Origin: Eledone cirrhosa
Taxonomy: Eukaryota
Assembly: GCA_964016885.1 (NCBI GenBank)
Contig: OZ024745.1
Coordinates: 126,232,001 to 126,296,000 of the forward strand
Length of the DNA stretch: 64,000 nucleotides
Direction of reading: 5' to 3'
Below, one piece after another: positions 27,304-41,178 of this stretch (its first letter is position 1; each line of letters begins with the position of its first letter). The notes beneath the pieces are model-generated. The model was not told the DNA's origin. It saw only the letters and a list, made by a program, of their open reading frames with translations, and did no database searches. Position numbers and translations under genes: made by a program.

Positions 27304-29103
27304 AACCTTAAACATGCTCTAGGTGCCTTATGTCACCAATAGAGTAATCTCTCCTTAATGCAGTGTGAAGGGAAGCAATTCATAAAAGATTCAGCGTGCT
27401 AAAGATTAATGTTACTATTTTCCACCATTTCTAATTCAAGCAGAATGGTAACTATTTATGAGAGAGAAAATACGATAAAATAAAGTACCAGTTAAGTACT
27501 GGGGTTAATATAATGACTTTTTTCTTCTGACAAATTGCTGATCTTGAGACAATGTTTGTAAGAATTATAATAGAAAATTATTATCTTTCTTTTGACGGAA
27601 CACTGTATTGACATTTAAAATTGGAATAACATGCGCACAAGTGGTTAAATATGTTAAAAAAGCAACAAACATTGATTAAAAATGCCGTAATATATCTGGT
27701 AAAATATTTAGTCCAGCATTCCAAATATATATTGAGACTAACTGGAATACTTCCAGCATGACTGTTTCATCTCGAAGAAGCAATCAGACAAAATGAAAAC
27801 TAATTACTGTTTAATCTCTACCTATGCGCCTTTCAATTCTCCTATCCAGTCATATCCTGAGAAACTAGACTCTTTCAAAACACATTATTGTAAACACACG
27901 GGGAATATATAAGTTGTATTTAAGACTAAATATTTTGTACAAAAAAAGCTGGAAGACTAATTTTACTTCAATTAACAAAATCTGCTTACCTTTCTAGAAC
28001 TAGGTACATTTTCGAACACATGATAGCTTCTAAGTAACCAAACTAATCTACATCCTATACTATAGTACTGCTCACTTTTCCAGAATACGTATCCCCACTA
28101 TTGCATCACAAAACACATTTGGCCTCTCAAACCAATAACACTCATCAATTTTACAACGCCTGCGCTTAAACATAGTCAATACTGGCAGTATCGGTAGATG
28201 GTCGGACGCCATGCTTTGCAGCATAGAGTTACGCCCCTTTACGCTCTGAGTTTAAATCATGATGAGATGAACTTTGCCTTTCATCTTTACGGGGTTGATA
28301 AAATAAAGTACCAGTCACACACTGTGTCCGGTTTATTCGACTTATCGAGGTGTTACATTTTCATTTCATACTACTTCAATAAATGTAATGAAAATCTAAC
28401 ACCACGTTCATATTATTATTATTATTATTATTATTATTACACGAGGTTAACTTTGCCTTTCATCCTTACGGGGTCGATAAAATAAAGTACCAGTAATGCA
28501 CTGTGTAATTGCTGGCCTTGTGCCAAAAGTAGAAACAATTATTATTATTACACTGCGTTGCTCGGGCTTCTAAACATAGATTGGCATGTTTATCCCTCCT
28601 TTCTGAAACAGTACAGAGAAGTACGGAATACCTCGGCCCGGGGATGGTGTCTACATTTTGTGCTTATAAAAAAAATTCATCGTAGATTACCGGGGTTTAA
28701 CTTAATTGCCTGAAAGTAAAATGTTCAACCCACGAAAGCCAATACGTTAGGGTTAAGTAAAAAGACATTCGACAAACCGAACATGTATTTGTTGTGCTAT
28801 GGTACAATGAAAGCAATAGTTACAGAGCAGTAAGCATGTGAGACTGCAGTGGTGGAGAGTGGTGTTGTCTTACTTCTTTCAATGTTTCGTTGTATGTTCA
28901 CCAATTGATGCAGAAGTCCTAATGAAAAGTGAACTCTCCTTGGGTGAATAGGTAAATAATTTTCCATTAAGATTTTTCAAAAGCATGTAATTACGTTCCC
29001 TCTCTTTTTTGTCGTTGTTTTTGCTGCTGTCGTGCCTCGTCATATAAATACATTTGTTTATATTTTGTTATCGTGTATGCAAAAATATCTGTACACGAAT
29101 ATA

Positions 29104-29180
<77 letters not shown>

Positions 29181-29201
29181 ACATATATATATATATAATA
29201 A

Positions 29202-29275
29202 CAGATTAAAGTTTAAGCGATGAATCGCTGCTTTCACCCTTAACGGGATCTTCTGAAACTAAAAAAATCGATCTG
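29202..29275 (-). ncRNA. Second copy of the CAGAAGA-core hammerhead-like motif
   Basis: Reverse complement of 24171-24244 with few substitutions; core and stem II identical. Confidence 0.7.
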
Positions 29276-29312
29276 TGAACGCAGAAGTAAATATTTCGAA
29301 AAACATTACACA

Positions 29313-29363
<51 letters not shown>

Positions 29364-29367
29364 ATCA

Positions 29368-30013
29368 CTTACATCTTGGTTGTCCATCGTAAACGATGAT
29401 GACATCTTCTTCATTGTTGTTCTCGTCTGCCGTGGGCGCGAAGGTGGCTGTAGAGGCGACCTGTTACCTCCACCTTTCGCCCATCGCCGCAGGGCTTTGG
29501 GAGTGCACGCTAAAGAAGAAACCTGTGCGGGAAAGGTTTATAGTGGGAGGGCCAGTGCACAGTGACGGTCCCACTCACTCGGCCGCAGAAGCCAGAATCC
29601 GGTGGTACGGAGGACCGTCACGACCAGGGACTTCCTTGGCTGCAGTGGATGGCCACGACGTCTGTAGTGCCTTACCGTGCCCTAGCGCTCCACACCGCTT
29701 GCTGTCGCCGCCTTCGTGACCGTTGGGACGATGTTGTCCTCCTCCACTCACTCCGCCGAGTCCAGTCTTCGTATGCAGGGGAAGGCTTCCCTTATCTAAA
29801 TCACCGGGGGGTTTCAGACCCGTCCGGCTACCCTCAACCTGGTTCGGCCCGCCAGCCAAGGCGGTTTACCGGGCTGTGGCCGCTGTCGCATGCTACAGCT
29901 TCTTGGGGCCACAGGTGAAAGCTGAGTATCAGGTGGGACCCAATGCAGGACGAGCTGTCCTGAAAAGGGCATGGCTAGCCCCCCCCCCCTACAGAGATAC
30001 ATGCCCCTCCAGG
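29368..30013 (-). mobile_element. GC-rich, probably RTE-related non-autonomous retroelement; partial inverted copy at ~30168-30300
   Basis: Minus strand ends gtcatcatcgtttacgatggacaacc, resembling an RTE tail; no credible ORF. Confidence 0.45.
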
Positions 30014-30559
30014 CATATACACACACATACATATGTATATGTGTATATACACACCAGGCATATACACATGCATATACATACACAAACATATGTACATGTG
30101 TATATACATATTTACACATTTTTGGATGGCCGTTGACTCTTATGAGTTCTTCCACCCTTTGCTGATGAGTTAGAGGATGCCTACCCCTGCAAGCGAAGAC
30201 TGAACCAGGCGGAGTGATTGGAGGAGGATAACATCGTCTCAACGGTCACGAAGGTGGCGACAGCAAACGGTGTGGAGCGCTAGGGCACGGCAAGGCACTA
30301 TATATATAGACATATACACACAGTTAGCGTCATAATACAGACAGATATAAGGGCGCGACGTTCGGCGCCTAATGCGGTCCCTAGGGCATTGAAAATTTAA
30401 AATTTCTTTTGCTGAAAACACTCACACGACCATAAGTATTACATGTGTAAAGCTTGAAAACAATCGGTTGGGTGGTTCTCGAGTTTTAGGGAGTCAGACA
30501 GACAGATAGACAGACATACATTCTCTGTTTTAGATATATTGATGATATAATTTTCTATT

Positions 30560-30774
30560 TCAGAGCTCCTACCGTTTGGAAGAGAGGCTGTTTTCAAGTG
30601 TATGAACACAGGATCGTGTGTATAAGAGCATGGAGGATGTGCGACATGACTTCACTGCAAGTGCAAGATTCGGCAAACCAGCTCCTCCGAAGAGGACGAT
30701 ACTGCGATGGGAACATAAACTGTTTTTCATTACTTTTTGGTAGGGAGTGATAAGACTTTCGGACCACCCTGTAT
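30560..30774 (+). mobile_element. Internally deleted Tc1/mariner element (N-terminal HTH remnant plus right TIR)
   Basis: RFGKPAPPKRTILRWEHKLF followed by the terminus ...ctttcggaccaccctgTA. Confidence 0.6.
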
Positions 30775-31601
30775 AATAAAAACAAAACATCCAGAATTTC
30801 CAATTTCCTGCATAAAATATCACAAAATATCACGAGTTCTCTCGTCTACATTTAACTTATGCCAATATAACTCATTAAAGCATTCACTCACATAAATGAC
30901 GTCATATTCCCATCCCCCGAATTTATTATAGGCAGCTGCTCTCAGTATATCGTACTATAAATTGATATCATTTTGTTTATAATAAGTAAAACAAGCACAT
31001 TCCAAAACAATAGATTTAAAGTAACGTTGTCTCATATCTTACCAACAACATTAATTACAAAGCATTACACTCGATTTCATAAACATAGTATACACACAAG
31101 GAAGACAAAAATCCACACACCACTCTAAAATATTTATAGCATGATTCAACAAGGGAGACTTTATGTGGTTGATCGATCTTCCTCAAATGACACATTTTTA
31201 AGATATGAGGAACTGGAACTCCATTGATCATAGCCGTGTTCAATCATGCCTGACCAGTGACTAAATACAACCAGCATCTTTCACAGTACATATGAATATA
31301 TTACATACTATAAAGACAACAAACCATGACATACGTACCTAGAGCGATCAATTGTTCAACAGAAAAAAAAAACTAAACAGAAGTGACGTACAAACAATAT
31401 ATTGGATTTAGCATGGGTTATGATGTATCTGGATAAAGGAACTGTAGCTCAACTTAGTATATTCGGCCGACTACATACATGGTAGAGCTCTATTCGATCA
31501 GATTTAGCCTGGGGTTACAAAACACCTCCAGCAATACTATCATTACATATGGAGCAAATTACACAAAATGTTGGCAGATTAACGAAAGAAATCCCATATT
31601 T

Positions 31602-31681
<80 letters not shown>

Positions 31682-31765
31682 TCCACCTAAACCTACACTT
31701 TCCCTCCGAAGGACCACTGTCAAATTATGTCCTCTTATCTTTTAATACTTCTCTTTTCATGAATA

Positions 31766-32515
31766 GGTAGTATCGGTAGAGGGTTGGACGCCATGCTTTC
31801 CAGCATAGTTACGTCCCTTTACGGTCTGAGTTCAAATCCCGTCGAGGTTAACTTTGCCTTTCATCCTTACGGGGTAGATAAAATAAAGTACCAGTAATGC
31901 ACTGGGTAATTGCTGGCCTTGTGCCTAAAGTAGAAACAATTATTATTGGCAGTATCGGTAGAGAGTCGGAGCACCATGCTTTGCAGCATAGAGTTACGCC
32001 GCTTTACTGTTTGAATTCAAATCCTACCGAGATTAACTTTGCCTTTCATCCTTACGGGGTCGATAAAATAAAGTACCAGTTATGCACTGGGATCGATTTA
32101 ATCGACTTTCCCCTTCCCCAAAATTGATGGCCTTGTGCCTATATAAGAAACCATTATTTTAAGGGTGGTAGATTGGCAGTATCGGTAGAGGGTCGGACAC
32201 CATGTTTTGCAGTATAGAGTTACGGCCCTTTATGATCTGACTTCAAATCCCTCCGAGGTTAACTTTGCCTTTCATCCTTACGGGGTCGATAAAATAAAGT
32301 ACCAGTAACGTACTGGATAAATTTAATCGACTTTCCCTCCCCGCCCCAAATTATTGGCCTTGGGCCTATACTAGAAATCCTCATTATCAGAAATGTTAGG
32401 GTGGTGGATTAGTGGAATCGTTAGAGGGTCGGACCAAATGCTTTGTAGCATTTAGTTACGCTCCTTTATGTTCTAGGGTCAAATCCTCCTGGGGTCAGCT
32501 TTACCTTTTATCTAT
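31766..32515 (+). mobile_element. Head-to-tail SINE array (four copies)
   Basis: Consecutive consensus matches. Confidence 0.9.
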
Positions 32516-32517
32516 TA

Positions 32518-33317
32518 CTAGCATTAAAGCCCGGCGTTGCTTGGGGTCATTAAGTTACCAAAGTTAGGTTGCACCACCCATTTTATGGCAGCACTTTTTT
32601 GTCTGCCAGGCACTGGGTGAATGAATTGCAGACCTGGAAGCATGAGCTGCGCCAGCAGTGACAATTGTAGTTTCGCCTATGGATATTATCTCTGTGCAAA
32701 AACGTGTTGAAATTTATTGTTTCACAGTACTTGCGCAACACGCGCGTAGACGATGCCAGCCGAACAACAGAGCTGCGATGGAGTTGTTCTGCATGGTTGT
32801 CTGTGTGTTTTCTAAATTTAAGACAGTAGGGAGGGTTGTGATATGAGGGAGAGTTAGCTGTTGTTTCTAGCAGGTTTAGTGACCTCATAGAGGATATGTG
32901 TTTTCTAAATTTAAGACAGTAGGGAGTGGTGTGATATGGGGGAGAGTTAGCTGCTGTTTCTAGCAGGTTTAGTAACCTCATAGAGGATATGTGTTTTCTA
33001 AATTTAAGACAGTAGGGAGTGGTGTGAACGGACAGTATCACCATCAAGCTTGGAAAGAGAAAGTAGCAGAAAGTATGAAGTTGTATAGATTTTGAATGGT
33101 AGTAGAAAGAGTTCAGCAGTTTAAATGAGAGAGAAAAATCGTAAAATATTGAGTTTTATCTATTTTTGGCGTAATTGTGGGTGAAATTGAAAAAATGATC
33201 TGCGTCAAGACGCAATCGAAACTATTTCGAATACTGAATTGTAAATTTCAATTGAATAAATTCTATATCGTAGATTTCTATAACGAAGGAGCATGACCAC
33301 ACACTGAGCTTTATAGA
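32518..33317 (-). mobile_element. Non-autonomous Helitron inserted in a SINE
   Basis: Minus strand begins TC and ends with the hairpin ccc aagcaacgc cggg plus CTAG; A|T target; the SINE resumes at ~33321. Related pieces at ~28549, ~30420-30545 and ~35745-36120. Confidence 0.7.
32803..33026 (+). repeat. ~92-bp tandem repeat (about 2.4 units) of a dispersed repeat segment
   Basis: tgtgttttctaaatttaagacagtagggag...ttctagcaggtttagt..cctcatagagga; related single copies near 11820, 12060, 21430 and 42240. Confidence 0.9.
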
Positions 33318-33909
33318 TTATGATAAAATAAAGTTCCAGTCAAGTACTGCGGTCGATATAATCGACCCCCTCCCCCCCGCACTACACACAAAAACAACAA
33401 AAACCAAAATTTGCTGGCTTTGTGCCAAATTAGAAAATTTAATTATCAGATATGTTATGGCGGTGGATTGTTAGTGGCGCCGGACTTGGGTGATTACCGT
33501 AAGTACGTTATCTGGAATTCTAAGGAGACAAGAATTCCTGAACCTGGGTATGTAGGATTCGTGGATTACACCACTAGATAAAGTGGCATTGAGGGCGGGA
33601 CTGGCTAGGTAATTGAATTTACATTTCCTATCTACAGTATTTATTTCCGTTGCTTTATGTTCTGAGTTCAAATTACGCTGAGATCTTACGGAGATCGATA
33701 CAATAAAACACCAATCAAGTATTGATCAATCTAATCGTCTATATCCTCTACTACAACATTTTAACCCTCGGTCTCTGTCAGAATCGTACGTCAGAATAAT
33801 GTTTATTGTATTTAAGCATTCAATGTTTATTGAAATATATAACTACAGTATAACTGAAAAAAGTTTAGGACAAAACATACAAGTAGGACAGCAGGAAAAT
33901 AACCTTAAT

Positions 33910-34710
33910 ACTTATTTCTACTTTTGGTACAAGGCCAGCAATTACCCCAGTACATTACTGGTACTTTATTTTACCAACCCCGTATGGCGGGGTTTGAATG
34001 CATAACGTTAAGGGCCGTAACTAAATAATGCAAAGCGTTTTGCTGGACGTTCCAACGATTCTGCCAAGACATCACCCCTCCCCCACATAATAATTGTTTC
34101 TACTTTTGGCACAAGGCCAGCAATTTATACGTTAAACATACATTATTTTGTCTGTAACCCTGCAAGGATGAAAGGCAAAGCTAACCTCGGTGGGATTTGA
34201 ACTGAGAACGTAAAGGGACGTAACTATGTCACAAAGCATGTTGTCCGACGCCCTACTGATACTGTCAATAGAACGTTAAGGGTCGTAACTCTATGCCATA
34301 AAGCATAGTGTCCGACGCTCTACAACTACAATAACAACAAAGTCGATTAAATCGACCCCAGTGCGTGACTGGTGCTTTATTTTATCGACGCCGTAAGAAT
34401 GAAAGGCAAAGTTAACCTCGGCAGGATTTGAACTCAGAACGTAAAGGGCCATAACTCTATGCTGCAAAGCATGGTGTCTGACGCTCAACCGATACTGTTA
34501 TTTATGGTTTCTTATATAGGCACAAGGCTAGCAATTCTGGGGGAGGGGATAGTCGATTAAATCGACCTCAGTGCGTGACTGGTACTTTATTTTATCGAAC
34601 TCGTAAGGATGAAAGGCAAAGTTCATCTCAGCAGGATTCGAACTCAGACTGTAAAGGGCCATAACTCTATGCTGCAAAGCATGGTGTCTGACGCTCTACC
34701 GATACTGTTA
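33910..34710 (-). mobile_element. SINE cluster
   Basis: Several reverse-complement consensus matches. Confidence 0.88.
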
Positions 34711-36001
34711 ATAATGATAATACTGGTGTAATTTCCAATTTCCAAGAGATAACAGAAGCAGATTAGCTACAGTGGAAAATGTTTGTATCAACAATCTCGC
34801 AGTAGAGATAGAAAAGCCCCTTAAATCAGAAAATCAGACAAGAATTCATTTACTGTGAAAATATGAAATATGGTAAAAAGCAGCAAGAAGAAAAAAAAAA
34901 CATGAGCTATAACAGAAAATATTTTCGCAAAACAAGTTAGCAATAGCAGAAAGAAAGACATGAGAGAAGAAGATCAATCATTTATATTGAAAATAGATCA
35001 ATATAGCAATCAAACATTAAAGCAAAGAAACAAAGTCTGCTGGCAGTATGGGTAGAGGGTCGGACGCCATGTTTTGCAGAATAGAGTTACGGCCCTTTGT
35101 GATCTGAATTTAAATCCCGCCGAGGTTAACTTTGCCTTTCATCCTTGCGGGGTCGATAAAATAATGTACCAGTCACGCACTGAGGTCGATTTAATCGACT
35201 TTCACCTCCCCCAAAATTGCTGGCCTTGTGCCTATATAAGAAACCATTATTCTAATATTTTCTCTTCGTATTCCCCTGGCTTTTCCCTGTGCAGTGTATA
35301 TATTTGTACACGTTGTAAAATACTGCCTTTTCATGAGCCGGTGACACCAATCTTCTGTTCCTCTTCAACACTATACCCTTTGCGCTTCTTCTAATCTCAT
35401 ATCTTCATTAATCATCATTTTCATAGAAAGACATTTCCTCCTATTCATCTCATTTATCACCCTATTTTTAAACTTCTCCTTAAATCCTGATCAATGTTAA
35501 CAATCGAGAACTGTTGTTCTTGCTTTCTTCATTCTTTCATTTTCTTTTTATGTAGAGAATATCCACATGGCGGCGAATTGGCAAACTCGTGAAAACGTCG
35601 GATAGAACGCTTTGCAGTATTCTTTCCGGCTCTTTGCGTTCTGGATTCAAATCCCGCCGACGTCAACTCCATTCTACCACCATGAGTTTGAATTTGTTTG
35701 TCATGAAATTACTAGTTCTACTAAAATATTTGTCAATACATTTATATAAAACTGTAGTTGTCTGTATGTGAGTCCTCATTTTTGCAAAGTCTATACACAT
35801 CCACATTTCTACTCCGATTGACTTCAAACTTGCATTTATATATTCCTTGCGGTCTAAAGATATTAACTGCAGCTTTTATTTTTCAATTTTCTGTTTTTAA
35901 AGGGGTGTTAGGCGCCGGTTATCGATCTCCATCGCGCCCTTATAATATCTGTCTGTATGTCTGTCTGTCTGCATTACGACATTATGATAAACATTGATGA
36001 C

Positions 36002-36058
<57 letters not shown>

Positions 36059-36522
36059 AACGTCTCTCATTGGAGGTGCTATTACCAATGTTCTTACCCG
36101 CTCAACGCCGGGATACACTGATAATATATGTGAGTGTGTATGAATGTGTGTGTGAGTGTGTATATCTGTGTGTGTGTGAGTGTGTATGAATGTGTATGTG
36201 AGTGTGTATATATATGTGTGTGTGTATGTATGTGTGTCTATGTGTGTGTGTATGTCTGTATAGAAAAATGAAAATAAAACAAAAGTAGAAGATAGGTTCT
36301 TAATTAGCTCATTGTTTTACAATCGTTTCAGAGCGTTGATTGATCATGGTAGATTGATATACTAACTAATAGGTAGTGTTTATGTCATTACCTATTTCTA
36401 GTCCCGAAATCCCTGGCCCATCACACCTCAGGAACGATGAGAGCCTACTTCAAACACTGTAGCTCACACGCCTAATCTCGTCAAAACCATCTCATCAAGG
36501 TTCGATAAACTGTTGGATACCA

Positions 36523-36611
<89 letters not shown>

Positions 36612-36923
36612 TGTAAACGACCAAAATGTTATCTCGACCTTAGGGGAGATTAATAATAATAAAGTATGTTTTCCTACGTGCAAAAAATGCATATAGAGAC
36701 ACATGTATTATCCAACCGTATGCCAATGTGGTTCTATAGCAGATTAATAAATTAACGAGCCAGAACATATATAATCCAGAACATATATATATCTTAGAAA
36801 GTGAGGGTTTTTTTACAAAATGAAAAAAAAACGAGATGTCCTACACGAGTGAAAGTATAAGGAAAAAAGATGAAATCGAAAATACAACTGGAGTTTTTAA
36901 AAAAAATATATATATTTATTTAG

Positions 36924-36967
36924 TTCCTTTACCGGTTTCGCAGTTCTTGTGCTTTTCAAAAGTAAAA
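36924..36967 (-). ncRNA. Minimal hammerhead-like motif, U3-A8 variant core (left arm)
   Basis: ttttactt-TTGAAAA-gca caagaac tgc-GAAA-ccgg-TA-aaggaa. Confidence 0.55.
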
Positions 36968-37022
36968 TTGAGATGGAGGGTTTGTAGTTTTTCTCGCAAA
37001 AATCACAAACCCTCCATCTCAA

Positions 37023-37066
37023 TTCTACTTTTGAAAAGCACAAGAACTGCGAAACCGGTAAAGGAA
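37023..37066 (+). ncRNA. Minimal hammerhead-like motif, U3-A8 variant core (right arm)
   Basis: ttctactt-TTGAAAA-gca caagaac tgc-GAAA-ccgg-TA-aaggaa; palindromic ACCGGT stem III. Confidence 0.6.
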
Positions 37067-37129
37067 CTAAAAAAAAAAAATATCTTTTTTTAAAAAGACT
37101 CCAGTCACATTTTCGATTTCATCTGTTTT

Positions 37130-37199
<70 letters not shown>

Positions 37200-37337
37200 T
37201 TCTGCAATTCTGTTCCATGCCGTATTTCCATTATTGTGGGGGTACTGAAACAAAACTCTTGACAAACCAGTTTGTATTTTACGTTCTACGTTTCGTCTTG
37301 AGTTGACTTCATTTTTTATTGCTTGTGACTTTATCTA

Positions 37338-37625
37338 TATATAAATTTCTGCGATTCTGTCACAACACGTAAAGACAGAGGAGTATTTTGACTACCTCAT
37401 ACTACTCCTCTCTCTTTACGTATGCTGCCTTCGTGAAAGTATGTGTGTGTAAAAGGAAGGAAGGTGATTGTGAAAAGACTACGCTGTTTGTGTGTGTATG
37501 TGTATGTGTGTGTTTGTGTAAATGTGTGTGTGTGTGTTTGTGTGAATGTATGTGTATGTTTGTGTGAATGTATGTCTGTGAGTATGTATTTTTGTAAACG
37601 TGCCTGTGTTTGCACGTTTATATAC
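37338..37625 (+). repeat. Unclassified dispersed repeat; inverted copy at ~61850-62163
   Basis: tttctgcgattctgtcacaacacgtaa...gaggagta...gactacctcat..tactcctctctctttac is shared. Confidence 0.85.
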
Positions 37626-38573
37626 TCATAGATAAGGGAGGGGGAAGCTTATCTGAAGACCTCTGTTACTTATCCTTGCGAAACAATGAATTTTAAATTT
37701 GTTATCATGATTTGTAAACTATCTTAACCTTTGACCCTGAAATATTGACCTGAAATATTGACGTTCGGTACTTTTTGATCAGGTGTTTAACCGTTCATTA
37801 TATTGGCAGTATCAGTAGAGCGTCAAGCAACATGCTTTGTGGCATATAGTTACGGTTCTGTATGTTCTGAGTTCAAATCCCGGAAAGGTTAGCTTTGCCT
37901 TTCATCCTTACGAGGTCGATAAAATAAAGTACTAGCCATGCACTGGGGTCGATTTAATCCACCCCCTCCCCATAAAAATAAGAATTGATGACCTTGTGTT
38001 TAAATTAGAAACCATTATGAAGTAATTATAGATTGGTGGATTGGTAGAATCGGCAGAGCGCCAGAAAAAATGCATTGCGTGCGCTGTTTAGTGACGACAA
38101 TCTACGTTCTGATTTCAAATCCCACCGTAGTCAACTTTGGTTTTAATCCTTCTGGGGGTCGATAAACTAAAGTACCACATAAATACTGAAATCGATATAA
38201 TCGCCCCCCCCCCCCTCCTAAATTGCTGCCCTCATTTCAATGTTAGAAAGGATTATGTGATTATTATTCTTAATGTTTTGTATAAAAACACAACAAAAGC
38301 GAACAAAAGAATAAAGTGCAACAGCAAGGCGTCGAGGGATTTGGAATATGTGTTTACGAGAGAAGAAAAATATGTTGAAAAACAAAATTCATGTTAGCAC
38401 AATTCACTAGGAATTTCTAACAGAAGATCTTTTGGGAATGTTTATTCTGGGACTTACGTTTCATCTTTGATAAAGAGTACAATATCACAGAGAATTTTTT
38501 TTAAATATTCTCGACTTTAAATAAATCTGAATAAATAAGATTGTTTCAAGCAGATTTTCAAAACTGTGACACA

Positions 38574-38771
38574 CAGACCAGTTAACTCTACTCGTCCGAC
38601 GGGGAGATCTCCCACACCTACTTCCGGGTAGGTGAGAGATGTCTTCTCTTGTGAAAATGGGTATCGCTTTCATTATGTAAAATCTCCCCATTTTGCCTCA
38701 TCTCTCCCCGTTTTTGGGGCACTCTTTTTTATGATACTCTCCGTTTGGGTTTTTAGAAGTTAGCAGGTCTG
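38574..38771. mobile_element. TIR MITE; shorter relative at 39662-39750
   Basis: cagaccagttaact / agttagcaggtctg termini; shared cggggagatctcccac. Confidence 0.7.
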
Positions 38772-39060
38772 AAATTGTGATACAAGATACATTTTCAGTT
38801 TACAAAACGTTCAATTTACAAAAACAAACAAATTTCAATTTATAAATTTTACATATGTATTTCAAATAAAACCTCTCGCTAGATTATCGAATGAACTAAT
38901 TCTGGTATTTTGTCATTCCGTTTACATTCCGAGGTTCAACTTTCGTCTAAGATCCACTTTACCTTTAATTTTTCAGAATTAAACAAAAATAAAATAAAAA
39001 AGTAATCAAGTATTGGGTTTGACCTAAGCAGCTATATTCCTTCTTCACAAACACAGATAT

Positions 39061-39406
<346 letters not shown>

Positions 39407-41178
39407 TATGCGCTCGTGTGTATAAATTTGAAGAGATGTAATTTCCAACTCCGGCGCAAGCCAATTTTGCCTTTCATAAGTTTCAATTGTTGTTTAGCCG
39501 CATGCCAGCTCTGACTGAACAGGTATATCTGCAAAAATGTTCCACCCATCATCATACTCTCATTTATAATGGGTTTAATTTGCTGGAATTTGGCTGCTAT
39601 TTCGAGTAGGTGGCAAATTGACAGTATTGGATTAAATAGTTTGCACTAATATGGCTCTTTGTAGAACTGCCAACTCTCCCCGTCTAACGGGGAGATCTCC
39701 CACGCCACTTTGACATTCCCCGTTCGGGTTTTTAGAGGTTGGCTGGTCTGTTTTTACGCTCTGTATTCAAATCCCAGTGAGGCCAACATTGCATTTTATC
39801 ATTTCGAGGTCGATAAATAAAATACAAGTCCAGGGTAGTGGATTAATAGAATAGCTAAAGCGTCAGGTAGGATTTCTTGCGGAATTTGATTCAACTTTGA
39901 ATGCTTTGAGTTCAAATTATGCCTCTTGTCAGCAGAAAATCGGTGACAGTTCTGTTAGGAATTGCAACTGACAGATAATTTCCTTAGTTCAATCTGACGA
40001 TCAGCCTTGTTCTTCATGAGGCTGAAGCGACAGCCTACAAGCACCTGGTTGAATCATCATATACTGATGTCTGAATTTATATATATACTGAATTTATTTA
40101 CTGAGGTCGATACACTTGACTCTACCTACGTTTGAAGACTGAGCACCAGTCTGTCCAGAGTTTAAAGGCCGAAACCAACAAAATAAAAAGCAAAAGAATA
40201 AATAAATAAATAAATAAATAAATAAATATTAGCATTGATCTTTCCATTCAATATCTAATAAAAGAAATCGAACAAACAACAGAAACAAATATTTTTATTG
40301 ATTTCCCCACCCGTCAAAATAATTTCAAATTAATTCTTTATTTTGATGTTTGCCTATTTTTAATATATATATATTTTTTTATGACGACGCCATTATTTCT
40401 TTCTTCCACTTGCTCTTCATCCTTCCCTCCCCCCTCTCTCTCTCTCTCCCTTTAGTTCTTTTTCTATATTTCTGTATATACCTCTCCCTCATTCCTCTCT
40501 GTGTCCTTGCATTAGAAAACAATAGATTTTTTAAATTAAACTTACAAAAATATCAGAGCACACACGCACACACACACACACACACGCACACGCACACACG
40601 CGCGCACGCACACACACACACACGCGCACACACACGCACGCACACACACACATACACTAAGCACGTGCATATGTATGATTGTATGTATGTATGTATGTAT
40701 TAATTAGTAGTAGTGCTAACATGTAATGATTCATAGTCGAGGCATAGATCAAAGCATATACAATATGTTTATGTACAAGGGTTTCTTATATAGGCACATG
40801 GCCAGCAATTCTAGGGGAGGGGAAAGTCGATTAAATCGACCCCAGTGCGTGACTGGTACTTTATTTTATTGACCCCGTATGGATGAAAGGCAAAGTTAAC
40901 CTCGTCGGGATTTGAACTTTTGTTTATGTATAATTGTTTCTACTTTTGGCACAAGGCCAGCAATTATCCCAGTGTATTACTGGTACTTTATTTTATCGAC
41001 CCCCGTAAGGATGAAAGGCAAAGTTAACCTCGGCGGGATTTGAACTAAGACCATAAAGGGCCGTAACTCTTTACTGCAAAGCATGGCGTCCTACCCTCTA
41101 CCGATACTGCCAATCCTCAAACACAAATAAGTCTCGCTATGACTGCTTTAAGCTGTGATCATGTTCTATATATCTCAA

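Larger units (their letters stand above)
36856..37136. repeat. ~280-bp imperfect palindrome abutting (TA)n
   Basis: Arms mirror around ...gtttttctcgcaaaaa... near 36993. Confidence 0.95.

Noticed and set aside
29830-29930. HDV-like ribozyme in the GC-rich element
   Set aside because: Could not fit the P1/P1.1/P3 nested pseudoknot by eye
30550-30720. Host exon after the acceptor-like tttctatttcag
   Set aside because: The peptide resembles a Tc1 transposase HTH and is followed by a TIR
39988-40055. ctgacga followed by the hairpin tcagcct/aggctga
   Set aside because: No GAAA and no stem III
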